From: an uncultured Planctomycetota bacterium
Lineage (GTDB): Bacteria > Planctomycetota > Planctomycetia > Pirellulales > Lacipirellulaceae
NCBI GenBank assembly: GCA_963719315.1
Contig: CAVRBU010000010.1
Location: 32,001 to 96,000, forward strand
Reading direction: 5' to 3'
Length of the DNA stretch: 64,000 nucleotides
Made by a program: the position numbers and the translations under genes. Position 1 is the stretch's first letter, and the number at the start of each line of letters is the position of its first letter. The notes beneath the pieces were generated by a model. It made no database searches and was not told the DNA's origin. It saw only the letters and a list, made by a program, of their open reading frames with translations. Positions 18,572 to 28,716 of this stretch are shown here, piece by piece.

Positions 18572-20071
18572 CTAGGCATACAGGATTTCACCATCCTGAG
18601 ATTCCTCGTACAGCCGCGCGCGTAATTCGCCCGTCATCCGGAGAGCCATCTCCAGCGCGTCGGGCCCGTCATCATGATCGCCGTTGGGAAAGTCACGAAG
18701 TTGTTGGACCAACCGGCGTGCTCCCGGCGAATCGCGTAAGAAACGCAGTTTGTGCTGGGCCAGCAGCGATGTCAGCCGGCGGATGCGGACCAGCTTGTTG
18801 ACCGTGTTGGTCATCGTGTACAGCGGCATCGACATGTGCCGCTGGGCGCACCGCTGCCGGATTTGCTCGGCCAACAGCTCCTGGAACTGGTTGACCTCGA
18901 CGCCAAACCAATCGGGCTGAAATTCGCGCTGGATTTCCACGGCCAGGTCGGTAATCACCGCCGTGTTGCACTTGACCAGCTCCGCATCGATGTAACCGCA
19001 GCCGTCGGCGACCACTACCATCACAAAGGCGGAATAATCGCCGAACTTGGATTCGACGCCTTTGCTCGGGTCGAGGGCCACGGTCTTGCAGATCCATTCG
19101 TGGGGCCACTCATCGAACCAGATGTCAGGCGTAAAGAACGAATCAGGCCATTCGGCGTGGCCTTCGGCGATCGGGTTCTGTTGATAAAGTGCCTGCCAAT
19201 AGTAGTGCGTGTGCGTCTCGCGGACTTTCTCGAGTCGTTCGCGGGTGAACACTTCGGGCCACAGCGGCTCGCCGGGCTGGCGTCCAAGCACGTCCTGTTC
19301 TTCCGCCAAGGCTGGGAACTTGACGACGCGCCAATGGTGACCCGTTTCTTCGGCCTGTCTGAGCACGCGCCCCGTGAGATCATCGCGGTTCCAGCGGGTC
19401 TGAATGAGGACGATCAGCGCGCCCGGGCGAAGGCGGGTCGTGGCCACACTCTGCCACCAATCCCATTGCTTTTCGCGGAACGTGCTGCTGCGGGCTTCTT
19501 CATCGTTCTTGATCGGATCATCCACAATCAGTAGATGGGCCCCTTTGCCTGTAATCGGGCCGCCGACTCCCGCCGCCGTCATGCCGCCTTCTCTGCCTTC
19601 CAGGTCCCAGCGGTTGGCCGCACCGCTTTTTCGGTGCACGCGGACGCCGAACAGCCAGCCATGATGCTCCAACAGGTCGCGCGCTTTGCGGCCCCAGGAA
19701 GCAGCGAAGTCGGCTTCATAGCTGGTCAGGATGACGCGGCGGTCGGGGTGGCAACCCAAGTACCAGGCCGGCAAATAGCGACTGCAGAGCTCGCTTTTGC
19801 CATGCTGGGGTGGCATTGAGACCACGAGCCCCTCGAGTTCACCCCGCTGGGCCGCTTCGATTGAATCCGTGATCGCCTGATCCAGGTAGGCCAGGTGGCG
19901 CGCCGGCAGCCACCGTCCCTCGCTCGCGATCTGCGCGAAGGAGCCGGGGCTCAGCACCGCCAAATCCTTCTCCAGCTGCCGCAGCTCCTTGTCGGTCGCG
20001 AAGGGCAGCAATGACGGTAAAGATGCGATCGCGTCGCTCATCGAAAGTGAATCCATCGGCCCCCTCCTCAA
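18572..20071 (-). CDS. Phage terminase large subunit (terminase_6-like)
   Basis: SMPPQHGKS, GVGGPITGKGAHLLIVDDPIKN, QTRWNRDDLTG, ALYQQNP, FPNGDHDDGPDA. Confidence 0.93.
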   Translation of the reverse strand: MRRGPMDSLSMSDAIASLPSLLPFATDKELRQLEKDLAVLSPGSFAQIASEGRWLPARHLAYLDQAITDSIEAAQRGELEGLVVSMPPQHGKSELCSRYLPAWYLGCHPDRRVILTSYEADFAASWGRKARDLLEHHGWLFGVRVHRKSGAANRWDLEGREGGMTAAGVGGPITGKGAHLLIVDDPIKNDEEARSSTFREKQWDWWQSVATTRLRPGALIVLIQTRWNRDDLTGRVLRQAEETGHHWRVVKFPALAEEQDVLGRQPGEPLWPEVFTRERLEKVRETHTHYYWQALYQQNPIAEGHAEWPDSFFTPDIWFDEWPHEWICKTVALDPSKGVESKFGDYSAFVMVVVADGCGYIDAELVKCNTAVITDLAVEIQREFQPDWFGVEVNQFQELLAEQIRQRCAQRHMSMPLYTMTNTVNKLVRIRRLTSLLAQHKLRFLRDSPGARRLVQQLRDFPNGDHDDGPDALEMALRMTGELRARLYEESQDGEILYA

Positions 20072-20486
20072 TCCGTGCCGCGTTCAGTCCCAACAGCGCA
20101 CAGCGGTTGGCGATGCAGCGGTTGACCTGTTCCAGGAATCTTGGGTCGCCGTATTGGTTCCGCACGTGGCGGCGCGTGCGGCGCTGGTTCGTCTCGTCGC
20201 TGATATGAGCGCTTTGAGCCGGCTGCTGCGACCGCTCCCAGGCGGCCCAGGCCTCGCGCTCGACCCGGTCGATCTTCTGGAGTTCCAGGTCGCGGGCCTC
20301 GTCGAAGTCGCGGATCGCCGAGGCCCGCCATTCTTTGCGGATGTGAATCAGGTCCTGGGAAATCGTCGTCTGCGAGACGCCGAATTCGCCCGCGATCTTC
20401 ATCTGGGTCCAACCCTGGACGTACAGGTCGGCCACTTTCTGGCGGCGATCGACAAGGCACAGTTGTTGACCTCGCTGGACTGACAT
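19839..20486 (-). CDS. HTH protein, probable terminase small subunit
   Basis: RRQKVADLYVQGWTQMKIAGEFGVSQTTISQDL; lies just upstream of and overlaps the terminase gene. Confidence 0.7.
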   Translation of the reverse strand: MSVQRGQQLCLVDRRQKVADLYVQGWTQMKIAGEFGVSQTTISQDLIHIRKEWRASAIRDFDEARDLELQKIDRVEREAWAAWERSQQPAQSAHISDETNQRRTRRHVRNQYGDPRFLEQVNRCIANRCALLGLNAARIEEGADGFTFDERRDRIFTVIAALRDRQGAAAAGEGFGGAEPRLLRADRERGTVAAGAPPGLPGSGDHGFNRSGPAG

Positions 20487-20671
20487 TAGTAGGCCCAATT
20501 GCTAAAGGGACGAGCTAGTAAAAATGGCGAATCTGCGAATCTTTGAGAATCTTTGGTCATCTGTCCGGAATTGGCTGGATGTTCTCCCCGGCCCGAGGTA
20601 ACTGATGTCCTGCTGCGTTGCGACGTTCGCGATGCATAACACAAGTTCCCCGAACGACGGAGATGCATACG

Positions 20672-21010
20672 ATGACGACGAAGAAGAAAGCAACGTCCAC
20701 GAAACGGACCACGAAAAAGGCGGCCGCGAAGCCCGCAACCAAGAAGTCGGCGGCGAAAACGGCGAAGCCAAAGAAGCCGAGCGCCCTGGACGCAGCGGCC
20801 AAAGTGCTCGGCGAATCGAAAGAGCCGCTCACGACCAAGGAGATGATCGACGCGATGCAGGCGAAGGGCTACTGGAAAAGCCCTGGTGGCAAGACGCCTG
20901 ATCGCACGCTCTATAGCGCGATCCTGCGGGAGATCGTGGTGAAGAAGGCCGAGTCCCGATTCAAGAAGTCCGAGCGGGGCAAGTTCACGCTCAAGAAGAA
21001 GGGGAACTAG
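20672..21010 (+). CDS. Lys/Ala-rich winged-helix (HARE-HTH-like) DNA-binding protein, copy 1
   Basis: [11 protein letters not shown] tail plus [10 protein letters not shown]...[22 protein letters not shown]...ERGKF; GGAG RBS. Confidence 0.85.
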   Translation: MTTKKKATSTKRTTKKAAAKPATKKSAAKTAKPKKPSALDAAAKVLGESKEPLTTKEMIDAMQAKGYWKSPGGKTPDRTLYSAILREIVVKKAESRFKKSERGKFTLKKKGN

Positions 21011-21013
21011 GCC

Positions 21014-21205
21014 ATGTGGCGAATTGCATTCGAGGACGGACTGATGATGGTCATGGATGACCAGAACCAGGGATACGATTGCCTGGACCTCGACGGCTGC
21101 ACGCTCGAGGCGGCCGGCGCGCAGATCGACGGCTGGGCCCGCCAGTACGCGTTCAACGTCGAGGCCGCCAAGCGCGAGCTGGCCGAGTACTACCCGCAAC
21201 TGTAA
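21014..21205 (+). CDS. 63-aa acidic hypothetical protein (second copy at 36690)
   Basis: Coupled to the HTH gene; conserved in the second element. Confidence 0.65.
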   Translation: MWRIAFEDGLMMVMDDQNQGYDCLDLDGCTLEAAGAQIDGWARQYAFNVEAAKRELAEYYPQL

Positions 21206-21233
21206 TCCGTGAAAATCCAACGTTCGTTCCCAC

Positions 21234-21258
21234 ACGGCCCCGTCCTGGGGCCGTTTCT
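21234..21258 (+). terminator. Hairpin ACGGCCCC-gtcct-GGGGCCGT (second copy at 36909-36929)
   Basis: 8-bp stem after the small ORF, followed by TTCT. Confidence 0.55.
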
Positions 21259-21282
21259 CGTGGTTTAGTATGACTGTCGCCT

Positions 21283-21757
21283 TCATGCCGCCGCCTCCGG
21301 CGCAGTTATGCGCTCGGCTCTTTTACCACTGAACTGCTCCCACCTCGTGACAATCACATCGCAATACAGCGCGTCGAGTTCCATCAAGAAAGCCTTACGA
21401 TTGGTCTGCTCGCAGGCAATCAGCGTCGAGCCCGAGCCCCCGAATAGATCGAGTACGTTCTCCCCTTCCCGCGACGAGTACTGAATCGCCCGCACCGCGA
21501 GTTCGACAGGTTTTTCCGTTAAGTGCACCATCGACTGCGGGTTGACTTTCTTCACATGCCACAGATCGGTGGTGTTGTTGGGCCCGAGGTACAGATGGGC
21601 AGCGCCTTCCTTCCAACCGTAGAACGCGATTTCAAACGCGCCCATGAAGTCCTTGCGCGTGAGCACCGGATGCTGCTTGTCCCAGACGATGCCCTGTGAG
21701 AAGTACAGACCGTTCTTCTTCAGAAATGGCGGGTAGTTGCCGAGGTTGGCATAACCG
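21283..21757 (-). pseudogene. 3' fragment of an N4/N6 DNA methyltransferase, cut at the 21758 junction
   Basis: Near-identical to ~37975-38397 (HLTEKPVEL, VLDLFGGSGSTLIA). Identity stops abruptly at ATAACCGCC|TCCCCGTATAGG. Confidence 0.9.
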
Positions 21758-21877
21758 CCTCCCCGTATAGGACGGATTTACGAACTTTGGCGCACGAGCG
21801 CATTTTCGTAAATCATTGAGAGGGAAGCGATTAGCGAGTTCGAGTCCTATTCGGTGGGGCCGACCGGATGAGACGGA
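21758..21877 (+). repeat. att-like junction/leader, type B, copy 1
   Basis: About 120 bp nearly identical to 57451-57567; internal inverted repeats GATTTACGAA...TTCGTAAATC and ATAGGAC...GTCCTAT. Confidence 0.9.
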
Positions 21878-22137
21878 ATGCGAACTTATTAGAGCGCCGG
21901 TTAACAGGCCCGCGCTCGCGCGAAAAAAGTTAGAGCGCGGCGCGAGCGCCCTCATTCGGGATCGTCCAGCAGCGAGCTGGATGTTGTCCTAATATAGGTC
22001 TCGCCACGCCCCCATCCTCCCTGTCCTCCCGCCAGGGGGAATTTTTTCCCCCGCGCTGCTTTACAGCTTGAATTCCCGGTGTACAAAAAGATTGTCCTGC
22101 CCTTCCGCTAGCATGGAACGCCCCGGAGTATACCGCC

Positions 22138-23184
22138 ATGGGATGGCCTGTCCAGCCGCTGCTGTTCTTTTTGGCCCGCTGCACCCGGAATCAACTCATC
22201 CGGCAGATCGAGTTCCTCAAGGCCGAGAACGAGATGCTGCGGAAACGGGTCCCGATCAAGCACATTCATTTGAAGGCGGACGAACGGGACCGACTCTTAA
22301 AACTGGCACTGGCCATCGGCCCCGAAGTCAAACACCTGATTTCGATCGTGACGTACGACACGATTCGCCGTTGGCGGCGGAAGGCGTGTGGCTTCATCCC
22401 CCGCGGGCCGAAGGGCCGGCCCAGGAAGCCCGAGGAGATCCGCGCGCTGGTCGTAAAGATCGCCCGCGAGACGGGCTGGGGCTACACCAGAATCCTGGGT
22501 GAGTTGCGGAAGCTTGGGATCACAGACATTTCGCGCCAGACCGTCGTCAACATTCTCCAAGAAGCGGGGCACAATCCCTATGCGCCGAAGGGACCGGGCA
22601 GCTGGGATGAGCTCATTAAGATGCACGCCGAAACGCTCTGGCAGTGCGATTTCTTCTCGAAACGGGTCTTGTCGAGGCTGGGTTTTCCACAGCTGTTTGC
22701 GATGGTGTTTTTGAACGTGGCGACGCGCAAGGTGTGGGTTTCGCCGGCCACGCGCAATCCGACTGAAGTGTGGGTTGAGGAGCAGGCGAAAGCCTTTATT
22801 GAGTATGCCCAGGCCAACGAGCTCAAGGTGGATTTGATAACGCGCGACAACGACCAGATTTACAAAAAGGGCTTTGATCGCGTGATGGGTGCTGCTGGTA
22901 TTCGAGCCAAGCGGCTTGCCCTGTGCTCGCCAAATCTAAACGTCTACGTCGAGCGGTTTATTCAGACGATCCAGGTTGAGTGCCTCGCCCACTTTCTGGT
23001 GTTCGGCGAGACGCACTTCGACCATCTGGTAAAGGAATACGTTGAGCACTATCACACGGAGCGGCCGCATCAGGGGCTGGGGAATCAATTGATCGTCGGC
23101 GAGCCGTCGCCTGGACAGGGCAACGTCCATTGCCACATACGGCTCGGCGGATTGCTGAAGCACTACTACTGCCAAGCCGCTTGA
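22138..23184 (+). CDS. Integrase-core-domain (DDE/rve) transposase, intact
   Basis: WGYTRILGEL, LWQCDFF (D), TRDNDQ (D), NVYVERFI (E), ERPHQG, RLGGLLKHY. Confidence 0.93.
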   Translation: MGWPVQPLLFFLARCTRNQLIRQIEFLKAENEMLRKRVPIKHIHLKADERDRLLKLALAIGPEVKHLISIVTYDTIRRWRRKACGFIPRGPKGRPRKPEEIRALVVKIARETGWGYTRILGELRKLGITDISRQTVVNILQEAGHNPYAPKGPGSWDELIKMHAETLWQCDFFSKRVLSRLGFPQLFAMVFLNVATRKVWVSPATRNPTEVWVEEQAKAFIEYAQANELKVDLITRDNDQIYKKGFDRVMGAAGIRAKRLALCSPNLNVYVERFIQTIQVECLAHFLVFGETHFDHLVKEYVEHYHTERPHQGLGNQLIVGEPSPGQGNVHCHIRLGGLLKHYYCQAA

Positions 23185-23436
23185 TGGGCGGCTTCATTAC
23201 CTTGGGCCGGTCGTCAAAGAACTACCGGCCAGGATGGACCGCGCCGGGGCCGCTTGCGCGGCGAATTTTCTCTTGCTGAACAGTCTACCAACTCCGTCGG
23301 ATCTTCACATTCGGTGGCAATCCCGATCGCTCGATGGCCTCGCTCTGACGGTTCCTGCCAACAACTTGCGGTTCGCAATCTAATTGTACACGACGGAGTT
23401 TTCTATTACTTTGTTGCAAGATTTGGGCGGGAAGCG

Positions 23437-23461
23437 ATATATTAAACGATGTAGAAAATCT
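23437..23461. promoter_or_regulatory. Candidate ROK-repressor operator upstream of GH18
   Basis: ATATATTAAACGATGTAGAAAATCT; 18/25 identical to the reverse complement of 30041-30065. Confidence 0.4.
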
Positions 23462-23515
23462 ATATTCGATCAGCATCGAAAGTGACAGCCTAAGAGACTT
23501 CTTCGTCACGCGAGT

Positions 23516-24886
23516 TTGGTAATGCTAGTCGGGATGGTTGTTAATACGCCCAGCTTGGTTCACGGGGTCGATTTGACCGGCTACTTGCCGTATTACCGAA
23601 TGGGGACGACCTACAACAACAATGTGCTGCCAACGCAACTCTCGATGCTTAACGAAGTGCGCTACTTCGGACTAACAGCAGGCAGCGACGGATCGATCGT
23701 ACCCCTTTCTGGAAGTGGTAATCTGTCGACGCACCAAAACAACATCTCGACGATTGAGCAAAAGATCGGCGCGCTGCCCGCAAACGAGCGCCCAAGAGTT
23801 GATTTAACACTGGGGGGCGCCGGCGAGTCTGCAAACTTTGCGACGATCGCAGTGAGTTCGACGCTTCGAGCAACCTTCGCCCAAAACATCGCGAACCTAT
23901 TGAATCAAACCGGCGCAACCGGTGTGGACATCGATTGGGAAAGCCCCGACAACAATAACGCCACGCAGCTCAGTAATTATTCGTTGATGCTGCAACAAAT
24001 CAAGCAGGCGCTCGGATCATCGAACGGTGTGTATGCGACGATTGAACCGCAAATCAACTTACCACCCAGTGTGCTGCAGGGTGCGAACGCGATCGACGGC
24101 ATTTCATTGATGACGTATGACCTGTCCTGGTGGACAAACGACGCTGCTGATACGAATCGCGGAGAACACTCTCTGCCTCAGTATGTGACCGACACAGTCG
24201 ATGATTGGACCAGCCCCAGCGGATCGACAAATCGCCGACCCTACGTATTCGCCAAGTGGGGCAAAGGAGTCGATCCGGCAGACCTCGGTGTCGGCCTACC
24301 GTTCTACGGCCACGTCATTGGTACGAGCCAGAATCGTCAGGGAGGAACAGCGTACACATATAGCCAACTTGTTTCCGGCGGCACACCAGATTCCTCGGGT
24401 AATTACTACACTTATGCCGGCCAAACCGTCTGGTTACCGGGACCTAGCCTGGCCGCTCAACGAGTGCAGTTTGCGCACGATCGAGGGCTGCAAAATGTGT
24501 TCATCTGGGAGCTGGGACAGGACTTGGACCCGACTAGTTCGAACTCGCTGCTGCGAAGCGCGTTTCTCGCCAACGAGACGTTAATGGGTGACTTCAACGG
24601 CGACCGCGACATTGATTCAACTGACTACGATGTCTGGCGAACAACATTTGGTTCAACGATGGATCTGCGAGCCGACGCCAACGGAGACGGAATGATTGAT
24701 AGCGCCGATTATGTGATTTGGCGGCAGAACGCGATGAGCGTGGTTAGTGGAGTGGCGATTGGCAGCACCGTTCCGGAACCGGAGTCGCTAACTGTGATTC
24801 CTACCGTCTGCGTGTTTTTCTTCATCGTTCGTCGGCGAATCGAATTGAGCGGCAAGCACCAGTTTTCTAATTCAGTACAAACTTAA
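23516..24886 (+). CDS. GH18 chitinase-like glycoside hydrolase with dockerin-like motif and PEP-CTERM (start uncertain)
   Basis: LTLGG, GVDIDWE catalytic motif, MTYD, GLPFYG, IWELGQD; GDFNGDRDIDSTDYDVWR; VPEP + TM + RRR. Confidence 0.92.
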   Translation: MVMLVGMVVNTPSLVHGVDLTGYLPYYRMGTTYNNNVLPTQLSMLNEVRYFGLTAGSDGSIVPLSGSGNLSTHQNNISTIEQKIGALPANERPRVDLTLGGAGESANFATIAVSSTLRATFAQNIANLLNQTGATGVDIDWESPDNNNATQLSNYSLMLQQIKQALGSSNGVYATIEPQINLPPSVLQGANAIDGISLMTYDLSWWTNDAADTNRGEHSLPQYVTDTVDDWTSPSGSTNRRPYVFAKWGKGVDPADLGVGLPFYGHVIGTSQNRQGGTAYTYSQLVSGGTPDSSGNYYTYAGQTVWLPGPSLAAQRVQFAHDRGLQNVFIWELGQDLDPTSSNSLLRSAFLANETLMGDFNGDRDIDSTDYDVWRTTFGSTMDLRADANGDGMIDSADYVIWRQNAMSVVSGVAIGSTVPEPESLTVIPTVCVFFFIVRRRIELSGKHQFSNSVQT

Positions 24887-24905
24887 CTTTTCCGAAACAC
24901 CGCTC

Positions 24906-26705
24906 ATGACACTGACGCTACTCGATTGGTCGGTCATCGCACTCTATTTTCTCTTCAACCTGGTAATCGGTCTTTATTTTGCCCGCCGAGCGCGAGGCAG
25001 CACCAGCGAATTCTTTCTATCGGGGCGTGATGCCCCATGGTGGCTAGCCGGCACGTCAATGGTGGCGACAACATTCGCCGCCGATACGCCGCTGGCTGTC
25101 ACCGGATTTGTGGCCAAAGACGGCATCGCCGGGAATTGGCTGTGGTGGAGCTTTGTCATGGGCGGCGTGATGACCGTCTTCTTCTATGCGCGCTTGTGGC
25201 GACGGGCCGGCGTCATGACCGACGTCGAGTTTGCCGAGCTGCGCTACTCCGGAAAACCGGCCGCGTTCTTGCGTGGTTTTCGGGCACTCTATCTGGGCAT
25301 TCCGATCAATTGCATTATTCTTGGCTGGGTGAACCTGGCGATGGTGAAGATTCTCGCCGCGACGTTGGGCATTGGCCAAGTGGCGGCGCTCGTGATTCTT
25401 GCGGGGATTTTGCTATTTACCGCCTTCTACACAACTATCGCTGGCTTGTGGGGCGTGCTCGTCACAGATCTTGTGCAATTCGTGCTGATGATGTCGATGG
25501 TGATTTTTCTGGCGGTTGTTGCCGTAAATGCCGTTGGTGGCATCGACGAATTGAAGAGCCACGTTGCGTCGCTCGATGCGGCGCGGGGGCGAGCCGGTTC
25601 GCGGCTCGCATTCTTTCCACAGCTTGATTCCGCCTGGATGCCCGTGCTCGCTCTGTTCGTGTACTTGTTCGTCAATTGGTGGGCCGCATGGTACCCCGGG
25701 GCCGAACCGGGTGGCGGCGGGTACATCGCTCAGCGGATATTCTCTGCGAGGAACGAACGGCACGGCGTGTTGGCGACGTTATGGTTCAACGTCGCCCACT
25801 ATGCGCTGCGACCCTGGCCGTGGATTCTGACTGCTTTGGTTTCAATCGTTTTGTATCCCAATCTGGTTGACAAAGAAGCCGGATATATCCACACCTTTAT
25901 GGACCCTGCCGTTTTTCCCCAGTGGCTCCGCGGATTCATGATTGCCGGTTTTGCCGCGGCCTACATGTCGACCGTTGCGACGCAGTTGAATTGGGGCGCA
26001 TCGTACGTCGTCAACGATTTTTATCGCCGGTTCGCCATCCGCGACGCTAGCGAGAAGCACTACGTGGTTGCGGCACAAATAACCACCATATTGCTGATGG
26101 CGTTTTCTCTGATTGTTACCCTTTACCTTGAATCGGTCGGTGACGCATGGAAGCTTTTGTTGGCGATCGGTGCCGGCACCGGCCTCGTTTTGCTACTGCG
26201 TTGGTATTGGTGGAGAGTCAACGCCTGGTCCGAAGTCGCCGCGATGATTGCGGCCGGTGCCATTTCGCTGCTGTTGCGGTTCTATTGGAAGTGGGACACG
26301 GACGACAGCCAATTCGCGCAAGGCATGCTCGTTACAGTGGCCGTTACCTCGGCTGTGTGGATACTCGTTACGTTTCTGACACCACCTGAACCACAAGAAA
26401 AACTGGTCGCGTTCTATCGCCGCGTTCGGCCAGCGGGCCCGGGCTGGAAGTCGATCGCCGCCCTCGCAGAAGATGGCGGGAGCGGACCTACAGAAAGCCT
26501 GGCATCCATGTTCGCGAATTGGGTTTTAGGATGCGTCTTAATCTATGCGGCCCTATTCGGTATCGGGAATTTAATTTTCAAGCAATGGACGCCGGCATTG
26601 GTGTGCATCGTAGTAGCAGCAGTAGCGGCTGGCCTGATTTCTCGAAGCCTTTCGCGCCGATTGGCAGGAAATCACAACGGAGTGAGCGGACTGGTTATTT
26701 TGTAG
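24906..26705 (+). CDS. Sodium:solute symporter family protein
   Basis: EFFLSGR, SMVATTFAADTPL, GGGYIAQR, AAYMST; multi-TM. Confidence 0.94.
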   Translation: MTLTLLDWSVIALYFLFNLVIGLYFARRARGSTSEFFLSGRDAPWWLAGTSMVATTFAADTPLAVTGFVAKDGIAGNWLWWSFVMGGVMTVFFYARLWRRAGVMTDVEFAELRYSGKPAAFLRGFRALYLGIPINCIILGWVNLAMVKILAATLGIGQVAALVILAGILLFTAFYTTIAGLWGVLVTDLVQFVLMMSMVIFLAVVAVNAVGGIDELKSHVASLDAARGRAGSRLAFFPQLDSAWMPVLALFVYLFVNWWAAWYPGAEPGGGGYIAQRIFSARNERHGVLATLWFNVAHYALRPWPWILTALVSIVLYPNLVDKEAGYIHTFMDPAVFPQWLRGFMIAGFAAAYMSTVATQLNWGASYVVNDFYRRFAIRDASEKHYVVAAQITTILLMAFSLIVTLYLESVGDAWKLLLAIGAGTGLVLLLRWYWWRVNAWSEVAAMIAAGAISLLLRFYWKWDTDDSQFAQGMLVTVAVTSAVWILVTFLTPPEPQEKLVAFYRRVRPAGPGWKSIAALAEDGGSGPTESLASMFANWVLGCVLIYAALFGIGNLIFKQWTPALVCIVVAAVAAGLISRSLSRRLAGNHNGVSGLVIL

Positions 26706-27756
26706 CGGTGGATTTCCGTAAGAGGTCCAGTCCTTTGACAAGCGGCTCGAACTCAGACCAATTCGCGCGGCGTTGCGACCAGGTGGTAAAGATGTGCCCG
26801 ACGAGCAAACCGTCTTTTTGGTTCGCTTGGGCGTCGCGGATGAGTGCGAGCGTGGCGTCGGTGTTTTTCCAACTCGCGGGCAGGATGCGGGTGCCTTTGG
26901 ACATGAACATCGGCAGCGATTCATAATGATTGCGCAGTTCATAGTGCCAAGGGCAGAGAATAATGTCCTTGGGAATTTTGTCGATGGCAGGTGCAGTACC
27001 AACTTTTGAGGCTTCCCACTCACCCATGTTGAATCGTTTGCCGTCGATCAGCCGATCTGCCCACATCAGCATCGTTAGCCCGCGCTTACCTGCGATATGA
27101 GCGTGAAGGTCGTTCACGGCCTTGGCGAAAACATCGGCGGGATCATGACCTTTGGTCAAAGGTGCCTTGTCGGACGCTAAAAGGAAAACTTCATCCATCC
27201 CCACGTGAAACGCCTTGGCGTCGAACGCATCGATCAATTCGTCGATAAGCGGGAAAACGATTTGGTTGGTCTTTGGATTGAGCGGGTCCCATTCGCGGCA
27301 ATAGATGCCCTTATTCTTTGGGAACACGCTTGGCGTGAGATCAAGCTCGGGATACTTCGTGAGTAGCGGGCCAGTGTGTTCCTTCCACGACTGATGCCCG
27401 AGACACTGAAATTGCGGAACTAACTCGATATTGTTCTTGTCGCAGGCGGCACGAAATGCTTTCGCTCCCTCCTTTGAGATCGGCGATTCACCTTGCCGCA
27501 GCTCGGGATGGAACTCGTATGCGAACGAATAGTCAACTTCTAAGATGATGCAATTGATCCCAAGTTTGGAAAGCTGCGGCAATTGATCGGTCAGTTTTTT
27601 TAGCGCAGCATCGCTGGTGTAATTGATGACATGGAGCGCGTACCAAGGGTGCTCGGCTGTGGGCGGAACAACGGCGCTGGCTGCGGCCGTGTAGAACGAC
27701 GCTGCCGCCATCACAGCAAACCGAATGAAATTCGTTGCGTGTCTCGATAACGTCAT
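26695..27756 (-). CDS. GH20 family (beta-N-acetylhexosaminidase-like) secreted glycoside hydrolase
   Basis: Signal peptide; LVPQFQCLGH; FHVGMDEV catalytic DE pair; MWAD; PWHY. Confidence 0.9.
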   Translation of the reverse strand: MTLSRHATNFIRFAVMAAASFYTAAASAVVPPTAEHPWYALHVINYTSDAALKKLTDQLPQLSKLGINCIILEVDYSFAYEFHPELRQGESPISKEGAKAFRAACDKNNIELVPQFQCLGHQSWKEHTGPLLTKYPELDLTPSVFPKNKGIYCREWDPLNPKTNQIVFPLIDELIDAFDAKAFHVGMDEVFLLASDKAPLTKGHDPADVFAKAVNDLHAHIAGKRGLTMLMWADRLIDGKRFNMGEWEASKVGTAPAIDKIPKDIILCPWHYELRNHYESLPMFMSKGTRILPASWKNTDATLALIRDAQANQKDGLLVGHIFTTWSQRRANWSEFEPLVKGLDLLRKSTATK

Positions 27757-27822
27757 TTGTGCTCCGATTAAAATCCGCTATTGCCGTTTCATACCGAAAT
27801 TGATGCCGATCGATAGCACAGC

Positions 27823-27853
27823 AAAAAAGCCGTGCGGCAAGGGCCGCACGGCT
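27823..27853 (-). terminator. Intrinsic terminator after the PEP-CTERM genes
   Basis: AGCCGTGCGGC-aagg-GCCGCACGGCT with a U-tract on the minus strand. Confidence 0.75.
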
Positions 27854-27881
27854 GCACGTTTCAAAGGGGATCGTATCCGAT

Positions 27882-28532
27882 CTAGCCGCGACGCCGACGG
27901 CTGACGAATCCCAACACCACGGCTCCAATGCTTAACATACCCAACGTGGCTGGCTCAGGAACGACTCTCAGGTTGTCGAACTGAAATGTATACGGCCCTA
28001 CCACCCCCTGCGCGGGGCCAAAGCTCAGATCGATTTGGTACGCCCAAGGCTGACTCGGATCCAACGTGATATGCGGGGTACCGAACTGCGTGTTGGTTAG
28101 CGGAATCTGTAGCGTGACTGTCGATCCGGACGACAGCGCAAACGTGGGACTGAAACCCGTCTCGTCGGCATCGAGACCCGGGCCGCGAATGCCCGTCTGG
28201 AAGAACGTCACGTCGATGTTACCGAAGTTGAATTGGGTGTTCGGCACGGTCATATCGATGAGCATGAAAGGCGAGTTGTTGATAGTCGTTGCGCGAGCCG
28301 CATCGGTCAAGGTCGCGCTCTGTGGCCCACCAAACCCCGCGGCGGGCACGGTTACCTGAAGCGATTGAACGCCCTGCGTCACACCAACATTGCTAAGCGT
28401 GGGTACGTAGGCGGGGGGGTTGCCGATGTACGGCATCCCGCTCTCGCCGTTCTCATAACCGAACAGGAGTTGCGCCGAAACCGGCGCTGCATACAGGACG
28501 ACCAGTAATGCAGACATGATGCAACACTTCAT
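27882..28532 (-). CDS. PEP-CTERM secreted protein
   Basis: Signal peptide ...AAPVSA; FQFDNLRVVPEPATLGMLSIGAVVLGFVSRRRRG. Confidence 0.88.
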   Translation of the reverse strand: MKCCIMSALLVVLYAAPVSAQLLFGYENGESGMPYIGNPPAYVPTLSNVGVTQGVQSLQVTVPAAGFGGPQSATLTDAARATTINNSPFMLIDMTVPNTQFNFGNIDVTFFQTGIRGPGLDADETGFSPTFALSSGSTVTLQIPLTNTQFGTPHITLDPSQPWAYQIDLSFGPAQGVVGPYTFQFDNLRVVPEPATLGMLSIGAVVLGFVSRRRRG

Positions 28533-28716
28533 TAATCGCTCCAATCTGTGCGATGGCACGAATGTGAACGGTACTTCGCGGTTCGCGAACTTGGTCGCGG
28601 CGCATACCAAACGGCTTCTCATGGTGACCCTCCGAGCTAAAAGTTTGAACTTGTCATTAGAACTGCGCCTCGTATCGGTTTCAATGATTACTATAATCAG
28701 GCATTACAAATCTGCA

